NCBI GenBank assembly: GCA_964618805.1 | Contig: CAZUBM010000009.1 | Location: 73,374-84,441 of the forward strand | DNA from: an uncultured Nitrososphaerota archaeon | Lineage (GTDB): Archaea; Korarchaeota; Korarchaeia; Korarchaeales; Korarchaeaceae | Length of the DNA: 11,068 bases | Direction of reading: 5' to 3' | Part shown: positions 1 through 4,987 of the stretch, piece by piece | Position numbering within the stretch: position 1 is the first letter of the stretch | How the letters are laid out: every line of letters begins with the position of its first letter | Position numbers and translations under genes: made by a program | Notes under the pieces: generated by a model | Told to the model about the DNA's origin: nothing | The model's input: only the letters and a program-made list of their open reading frames with translations | Databases searched by the model: none

Positions 1-648
1 GTTGCAGGACTAATAGGGATGGAAGAGATCCTTAAAAGGCTAGACAGACACGATGAGGAGCTTGCTAAGTTAAGGGAAGATATGAATAAGGGATTTGAGA
101 GGCATGATAAGGAGCTTGCTAAGCTTAGGGAGGACATGAACAGGGGATTTGCAAGGTACGATGCTGAGCTTGCTAAGCTTAGGGAGGACATGAATAAGGG
201 ATTTGAGAGGCATGATAAGGAGCTTGCTAAGTTAAGGGAAGATATGAATAAGGGATTTGCCCTTATGGAAAGGCACATTTCTGCACTTGGCGCGAGATGG
301 GGATTAATAACAGAAGAAGCATTTAGAGAAGGGCTAAAGGGACTTCTTGAGAAGGAATTTGGCCTAATCGTTGAGAAATGGGAACATTTCGATCAGGAAG
401 GATTTGTTTATGGATATCCGAGTCAAGTTGAGGTAGACACGGCAATCAAAGATGGAAAAGTCATCCTGGTCGAGATTACTTCCCACGCAAGAGCTTCTGA
501 TATTTACACATTCAAGAGAAAGGCGGAATTCTACGAAAAGGTAACGGGTAAAAGTCCTTCTAGACTCCTCGTGATCACTCCATATGCAGAGGAAAAGGCA
601 AAGGAAGCTTCAAAGAGGATGAATGTTGAGATTTATACTGGTGTTTAA
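1..648 (+). CDS. DUF3782-like coiled-coil repeat protein with C-terminal PD-(D/E)XK nuclease-fold domain (probably 5'-partial)
   Basis: The frame is open from base 1 (VAGLIG precedes M at 19, resembling the family's 'AVAGLLG..EIL.RL' motif), so the true start is likely upstream of the window. It continues with 18-aa coiled-coil repeats, 'ALGARWGLITEEAFREG', 'D.EGFVYGYPSQVEVD', 'LVEITS' and 'RKAEFYEKVTG'. Confidence 0.85.
   Translation, partial: VAGLIGMEEILKRLDRHDEELAKLREDMNKGFERHDKELAKLREDMNRGFARYDAELAKLREDMNKGFERHDKELAKLREDMNKGFALMERHISALGARWGLITEEAFREGLKGLLEKEFGLIVEKWEHFDQEGFVYGYPSQVEVDTAIKDGKVILVEITSHARASDIYTFKRKAEFYEKVTGKSPSRLLVITPYAEEKAKEASKRMNVEIYTGV
46..261 (+). repeat. In-frame tandem repeat, 4 x 54 bp (RHDKELAKLREDMNKGFE-like)
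   Basis: Units at 46-99, 100-153, 154-207 and 208-261; the 42-bp blocks 82-123 and 190-231 are identical. Confidence 0.97.
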
Positions 649-761
649 TTTCTCCCTAGTTTACCTAAGAGCAGATCGTCAGTAAGTTGGTTTTTATTAT
701 GGCTAAGAATTAGAGACACGCTATTATTACAAGAAAAGCGCCTATTGAGATCTATCAGTTC

Positions 762-778
762 CCAAAATATTATTTTGG
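762..778. repeat. 8-1-8 inverted repeat overlapping the stop codon of the 770-1972 gene
   Basis: CCAAAATA-T-TATTTTGG read directly from the sequence. Confidence 0.8.
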
Positions 779-1972
779 AATAAATATGCATTCCCTTGGA
801 TATGCGTTCATCACATGGATTGGGCTCTTCTTAAGCTCATCTAAAGCGTCTCTTAACTCCTTCCTCTGCTCAAGAGGCCCAGAGGTCTTAGCATGCTCCA
901 AACCTCTAGGTATCTTTGCGATCTTACATAGCTCATAGCTTGCTACGGTTAAGGTAAAGCCCAGCAGAGCAGCAACGTGTGGGGAGATGGATATGCCCCC
1001 GGCATAGGAGAGAGCAGTAGCAACTGTTCCACTACCAAAACCAGCTACAGCTGCCCCTTTTGTCCCAGCTAAGGCAACTCCTGGAGAGGCTGCTCCTGCA
1101 GTAAAAACGGCTACAGCTACTGCTGTCGCAATCCCTCCAACTATTGCTATGTCCTTTTTGTGCCTTTTGCACCAATTCCATGTTGAAACAGCCTTTCTCT
1201 TCAACCAGCTTACTGCAGAGCCCGCCTTCCTCCTAAGCAGTGAGTAAGTGGAACCTAGCTTCGCCCTTAACCTCCTCGAAATATTAGGAAATTCCTTTCT
1301 TCTCCCATACCTATATCTTCCGTGAAGCCTTCTCCTTCCCACAGCCATCTTGCTCCTTGCTGAAAAGTAGGCCCTTCTAGCATATTCCTTCGCCTTACTT
1401 ACCTTTCCTTTAATCCAGTTATAGGAAGAGCTTACCTTTCTCCTAAGCAAACTCCATGCGGAGGTTAAGCGCTTCTTCGTGCCAAAGACCAGGTCCTTTC
1501 TGGCCTTATCTCCTGAGAAAACTGCTTTTACAGGAGGATCTGCCATAGTTGCTCCTGGACCGTATACTATTACCCTTTTCTGAGCTCCAGAAACCTTTTT
1601 CCCCTCAAGCCTTAGGCAAAGGATTTCGTAAACGCTTAGAAGGTTGTCCTCCCTTCCAAGCTCCTCTACCTCAAGCACCTTGAAGTTCTCATCCCCTATG
1701 AAAACCTGCCATAAAGAGGGATCTCTTCTCCTATCATATCCCAAAAGAATGGACTTTGGGCCCAAATTCCTAACATAAACTAGTGGTTCATCAGTCCCAA
1801 TTCCAGATGCTGCCACAACCTCTATGGAGGTCTGTCCTCCAACCAAATAGGCCCTTTCAACTGCTTTAGAGAACCAGCCCATCAAGGGACCTGAGAAAAG
1901 CAGGAGCGCAACTATGGAAAGAACGAGGATTATCATGCTTAGGGAAATTTTTGATATCCCTAACCTCTTCAT
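770..1972 (-). CDS. Hypothetical membrane/surface protein: class III (pilin-like) signal + pilin/Ig-like domain + cationic amphipathic repeats + Gly/Ala-rich hydrophobic region
   Basis: 400-aa ORF. N-terminus MKRLG|ISKISLSMIILVLSIVALLLF; beta-rich domain with 'VYVRNLG' and 'RVIVYGPG'; K/R-rich aa 166-273; hydrophobic Gly/Ala-rich aa 274-346; TATA-like box about 25 bp upstream. Confidence 0.75.
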   Translation of the reverse strand: MKRLGISKISLSMIILVLSIVALLLFSGPLMGWFSKAVERAYLVGGQTSIEVVAASGIGTDEPLVYVRNLGPKSILLGYDRRRDPSLWQVFIGDENFKVLEVEELGREDNLLSVYEILCLRLEGKKVSGAQKRVIVYGPGATMADPPVKAVFSGDKARKDLVFGTKKRLTSAWSLLRRKVSSSYNWIKGKVSKAKEYARRAYFSARSKMAVGRRRLHGRYRYGRRKEFPNISRRLRAKLGSTYSLLRRKAGSAVSWLKRKAVSTWNWCKRHKKDIAIVGGIATAVAVAVFTAGAASPGVALAGTKGAAVAGFGSGTVATALSYAGGISISPHVAALLGFTLTVASYELCKIAKIPRGLEHAKTSGPLEQRKELRDALDELKKSPIHVMNAYPRECIFIPK

Positions 1973-1990
1973 CGATTTTTTTATTTATTG

Positions 1991-2002
1991 TTTTAATAAA
2001 AA
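1991..2002 (-). promoter_or_regulatory. Putative TATA box for a leaderless or short-leader transcript of 770-1972
   Basis: Minus-strand TTTTTATTAAAA lies 19-30 nt upstream of the ATG at 1972; no RBS is visible. Confidence 0.45.
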
Positions 2003-2234
2003 GTTGTCTCGGTAAAAATAATTGATCCCATCCTACGGAAAGGCCAACAATGATTGTATGACATTTTATGCAGTTAGCCCATAGCATTAACTGGTGATTG
2101 AGAGCGACCCATTTATGCTAATTTCTAATGCGATCAGTTAAAGATCAATGATCACATTTCTGGGAAGCCTTCTTGAGCTAAATGTGTCGAGAATAAAAGA
2201 GAATGAAAAATGGATATAAATAATGGGAAAGGCC

Positions 2235-2244
2235 AAAAAAGAAA
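2235..2244 (-). terminator. Putative archaeal oligo-U terminator of the Zn-ribbon gene
   Basis: Minus-strand TTTCTTTTTT about 10 nt after the stop at 2254. Confidence 0.4.
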
Positions 2245-2253
2245 TGTGCCCCC

Positions 2254-2469
2254 TTATATGGCGATGTAGGCCTTGCATCGGGGGCAGTGTATGTGTTCAG
2301 AAGAATTTTCTGAATCATAGCCACTTATGTTTATTTTCTCCATGTCTATAATCAGATGACACTTTGGGCATTGTATAATCCTCTCATTAGAGTCTAGCGG
2401 ATGTATTGCAAGCAAGAGACCCAGCACTGCGAGGATTGAGGTACCCAGTGCCAAGGTAATTGCGCTCAT
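2254..2469 (-). CDS. Small membrane-anchored zinc-ribbon protein
   Basis: 71 aa; N-terminal hydrophobic helix (ITLALGTSILAVLGLLLAI) and two CxxC knuckles (CPKC, CPRC); T-tract downstream. Confidence 0.7.
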   Translation of the reverse strand: MSAITLALGTSILAVLGLLLAIHPLDSNERIIQCPKCHLIIDMEKINISGYDSENSSEHIHCPRCKAYIAI

Positions 2470-2660
2470 ATCCTTCGCTAATTTGAAATGATTTCGGACT
2501 AATAAATATATCTATATAGAATAGATGTTACTTTAATTCAGTAGAAATCATTTACAAAAGAAATAAACTAGTCAAAATTTCTACCTCAGGTAAAATATAT
2601 ATAAAAAGCGGGTGTTCAGGGAAAATTTTCATGAGAATGGAACGATATTGTAACGCCCGG

Positions 2661-2685
2661 TGCAATCAATTGAATTTTTTATTAA
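2661..2685 (+). promoter_or_regulatory. Putative fur promoter: operator-like TGCAATCAATTGAATTTT abutting TATA-like TTTATTAA
   Basis: 14/18 match to the perfect palindrome at 3235-3252, immediately 5' of an AT-rich TATA-like element. Confidence 0.5.
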
Positions 2686-2742
2686 TCTTTAAGTATTATT
2701 TCTATGCTGCTAATACTAACTAGAAACGATTATGGTGAGAGC

Positions 2743-3180
2743 TTGAAAGTAGGTACAGGTGAACCGAGAGTTAGTTTCGTTGAGAAAGACCTCCTTGAGC
2801 AGCTCCGTAGGACCGGATTAAAGGCCACGATTCAGAGATTTGAGATATTAAAGGTTCTGCTGAGAGAAAAGAAACATCTATCCCTTAAGGAAGTCCATGA
2901 GAAAGTGGGTGAGAGATTGCCAACCATCAGCCTATCTACAGTCTATAATACCCTAAGATCCCTAGTAGATGTTGGTCTACTTAGAGAGCTAAATGTTTCA
3001 GGGGAAACAAGGTATGACATAAATGTGGAGCCTCACGTTGACCTAGTTTGGTTGGACACGGGAGAAATTGAGGACTTCACCGGCATAGATGTTGCTGCGC
3101 TAATAAAAATGGTAGAAGAGAAAACTGGAATGAAAGTAAAGTCCTGGAGAGTGGAATTCCACGGAGTTAAGGGGGAGTAA
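2743..3180 (+). CDS. fur: Fur-family (PerR-like) transcriptional regulator, cysteine-free
   Basis: GLKATIQR..IL, KKHLS..EVH, ISLSTVYNTL..LVD.GL wHTH and RYD....PH. A TTG start at 2743 is preferred over the ATG at 2704 because GGTGA (2734-2738) precedes it. Confidence 0.9.
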   Translation: MKVGTGEPRVSFVEKDLLEQLRRTGLKATIQRFEILKVLLREKKHLSLKEVHEKVGERLPTISLSTVYNTLRSLVDVGLLRELNVSGETRYDINVEPHVDLVWLDTGEIEDFTGIDVAALIKMVEEKTGMKVKSWRVEFHGVKGE

Positions 3181-3210
3181 GGATAAGGGCTAAGGAAAGG
3201 CCGAATCGCA

Positions 3211-3231
3211 CAGCTAAGAAAAGATTAGCTG
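3211..3231. repeat. Hairpin CAGCTAA-N7-TTAGCTG downstream of fur
   Basis: Perfect 7-bp stem with a 7-nt loop, 30 nt after the fur stop. Confidence 0.6.
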
Positions 3232-3234
3232 ATT

Positions 3235-3252
3235 TACAATCAATTGATTGTA
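3235..3252. promoter_or_regulatory. Perfect 18-bp palindrome, candidate transcription-factor operator
   Basis: TACAATCAATTGATTGTA equals its own reverse complement; it is intergenic, and a related copy lies at 2661-2678. Confidence 0.6.
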
Positions 3253-3336
3253 TCGCCGCATAATCGTCTTTTTTATGAAATCGTAGTTCTCCAGTTAGAC
3301 CTTTGTAGAATTTTTGAAGAATTTTGACTATGGCAT

Positions 3337-3354
3337 AGAAAACGATTTATTATA
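3337..3354 (+). promoter_or_regulatory. Putative BRE+TATA (AGAAAACGA TTTATTATA)
   Basis: Purine-rich element followed by a TATA-like box ending about 27 nt before the TTG at 3381. Confidence 0.45.
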
Positions 3355-3380
3355 GGAGAACGTATTAATCGGGGTAGGTA

Positions 3381-3527
3381 TTGACCGTTGAGAAGTCAAA
3401 TGCTATAACAATAGTAATTCAAAGCAAGCCGTTAGAGAAGCCCAGCCCCCTCATCCTTCCCTCTAAAGAGGAAAAAGTTGCCTTAAATTGCCAATTTAAA
3501 TGCCTAGAAATGACAGAGGTGACTTAG
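3381..3527 (+). CDS. Candidate small ORF, 48 aa (MTVEKSNAITIVIQSKPLEKPSPLILPSKEEKVALNCQFKCLEMTEVT), not in the ORF track
   Basis: TTG start downstream of a TATA-like box and GGGGTAGG; the TAG stop lies 4 nt before the next start, and the next gene's RBS GAGGTGA (3516-3522) is inside its 3' end. Confidence 0.35.
   Translation: MTVEKSNAITIVIQSKPLEKPSPLILPSKEEKVALNCQFKCLEMTEVT
3483..3499. promoter_or_regulatory. 8-1-8 inverted repeat overlapping a TATA-like TTTAAA
   Basis: TTAAATTG-C-CAATTTAA, about 33-49 nt upstream of the 3532 start. Confidence 0.4.
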
Positions 3528-3531
3528 GCTA

Positions 3532-3846
3532 TTGACGACACACTTGGGTTTTGAAGACCTACTCGCAAAGGCTGTGGTTGAGACGTTGGAGGAAATACTT
3601 GGAAGCGTAGCTACGGAGGCTATAGTCAGGATGATAGCTGAGCTAAACCAGTCTTCGATAGAGAGCGCATTAAGAAACCCCAAGGCCTTGCACATAGGCC
3701 TTTTAGGGTTGTTCGGAAGCGGGGGAAAGATAATCGAGAGGGTTATCCTTCAGAAGCTTGGGGACAGCATAGAGGTTGAAATTGACCTTGAAGGGAATTT
3801 CTTGGAGGAGATAGAGAAGATAAAGTCCGCTTACTCAAGATTTTGA
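3532..3846 (+). CDS. DUF3227/NitrOD5-like small helical protein
   Basis: Pattern 'AVVETLEEILGS.ATEAI...NPKAL..GL.GLFGSGGKIIERVIL.KL' resembles this archaeal family; strong RBS GAGGTGA 9 nt upstream of the TTG. Confidence 0.65.
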   Translation: MTTHLGFEDLLAKAVVETLEEILGSVATEAIVRMIAELNQSSIESALRNPKALHIGLLGLFGSGGKIIERVILQKLGDSIEVEIDLEGNFLEEIEKIKSAYSRF

Positions 3847-4286
3847 GACTTCTTTATGAGGTTTTCAACCTTAAAGAGGTATCTTGCTGTTTTTACAGCT
3901 TCCTTAGATATTTCTGATGTCTTTCCCTTGTAAATTACTAGATGTTTGACGTTAACGGGTGAGCCAGATATTTTCAGTGCCTCCTCAACAGCATGATGTA
4001 ATTGGACGCAGTGAGGAGATCCATCAACCGATAGGACTAGCAGCTCCTCTATCTTCACCCTTGAGACTATTGAAGCAACCTTCAGCGCGATTAAGTTTAT
4101 GTGCTCGCTTTCAGGACATGCAGCTAGCGAAGTCCTGCCCTTGCACAGCTCTTCCAATATCTCTGGGTGCTCCAACCTCACGCATTCCCCATAGATAAGC
4201 AACCTGGGGTTAGATCTAATTTGCTTAGAAGCTGCATTTGTAGATAGGAGCCTCATGTAGCCGAGAAGCCTGACCTCTGACATCAT
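3831..4286 (-). CDS. Putative iron-sulfur cluster-binding protein (family often annotated '4Fe-4S ferredoxin' though lacking CxxCxxC)
   Basis: Spaced Cys motifs LLIYGEC, AACPE and VDGSPHC resemble the 'LLIAADC..IGCPKLD..MEVPCC' domain of anaerobe Fe-S proteins; 16-bp convergent overlap with 3532-3846. Confidence 0.6.
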   Translation of the reverse strand: MMSEVRLLGYMRLLSTNAASKQIRSNPRLLIYGECVRLEHPEILEELCKGRTSLAACPESEHINLIALKVASIVSRVKIEELLVLSVDGSPHCVQLHHAVEEALKISGSPVNVKHLVIYKGKTSEISKEAVKTARYLFKVENLIKKSQNLE

Positions 4287-4330
4287 TTAGATGCCTTCCT
4301 GAAGCTATTTATTCTATACTTCACACATCC
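4287..4330. promoter_or_regulatory. Compact bidirectional promoter
   Basis: 44-bp gap between divergent starts, with a central AT core TATTTATTCTATA framed by TGAAG/CTTCA and GATG/CATC symmetry. Confidence 0.5.
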
Positions 4331-4987
4331 TTGAGGAGAGAATTGTCCTCGATACCTGAGAAGTTCATAGAATACGCTTTTAGACAAAGGAGGGAGTTCA
4401 TAGAAAGGGCCTTAGATGGGAGCTTGTCCGGAAACGAGTTTCTCATAGCCTTCACAAGGCACACCCCAGCAATAATATCCTATGGAAGAGCTGGCCCAAA
4501 CGGATCGATAAAGGGGATAGGCTTTGTTCAGAAGGAGGAATTCATCAAAAGCACTACGGAGAGGTTAAAGGAATTTTTGGAAGCAAGTAAAGGGACTTCA
4601 AGGGAAGAAGCTATGAAACTAGCGCTAAAGCTACTTTTGGATGAGGTGTACGTTGAGGAAAGGATAGATTTCCTAAAGCTATCAAGTTTGGAGCTGGCAA
4701 AGGGCCATTCCTGGACAAATTTCCTTGAAAACCCCCAGGCTTCTATCCTTTTCTACACCCCTCCTTCAACTTCATTTGAGATAAGGGCAAGAGTAGAGAT
4801 ACATGAAGGCGACGGGTATTGGGAGTACGTAAATGCTGTTCATGACGTATTTCACATGGCAGGAAGGGGAAAGAGGGATTGGAGCAGGACTCCAGCATAC
4901 ATCTTTCTAATCGAGGAGATCTACGATAACAGCGTCGAAGCAATGGGAAGGAGGATATGGTCGGTGGATGATTATGAGAAGGGCTGA
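4331..4987 (+). CDS. FMN-binding split-barrel (pyridoxamine 5'-phosphate oxidase-like) protein
   Basis: 'NGSIKGIGF', 'HSWTNFLENPQASILFY...SFEIRARVEI' and 'AYIFLIEEIYDNS' fit the PNPOx-like family. Confidence 0.7.
   Translation: MRRELSSIPEKFIEYAFRQRREFIERALDGSLSGNEFLIAFTRHTPAIISYGRAGPNGSIKGIGFVQKEEFIKSTTERLKEFLEASKGTSREEAMKLALKLLLDEVYVEERIDFLKLSSLELAKGHSWTNFLENPQASILFYTPPSTSFEIRARVEIHEGDGYWEYVNAVHDVFHMAGRGKRDWSRTPAYIFLIEEIYDNSVEAMGRRIWSVDDYEKG

Noticed and set aside
46-261. CRISPR-like periodic repeat
   Set aside because: Units are contiguous, in-frame multiples of 3 with no unique spacers; it is a coding coiled-coil repeat.
1866-2087. 73-aa minus-strand ORF
   Set aside because: Overlaps the start and promoter of the 400-aa gene in another frame; no recognisable motif.
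770-2469. Provirus/tape-measure interpretation of the accessory block
   Set aside because: No integrase, att-like long repeats, capsid or packaging genes in the window; the repeats are short and fused to a pilin-like N-terminus.
2511-2630. Short palindromes TCTATATAGA (2511-2520) and GAAAATTTTC (2621-2630)
   Set aside because: 10-bp AT-rich palindromes are expected by chance in promoter DNA; no second copy was seen.
2704-2742. ATG start at 2704 for fur
   Set aside because: The extension is not Fur-like and the RBS GGTGA favours TTG 2743; a leaderless start at 2704 is not fully excluded.
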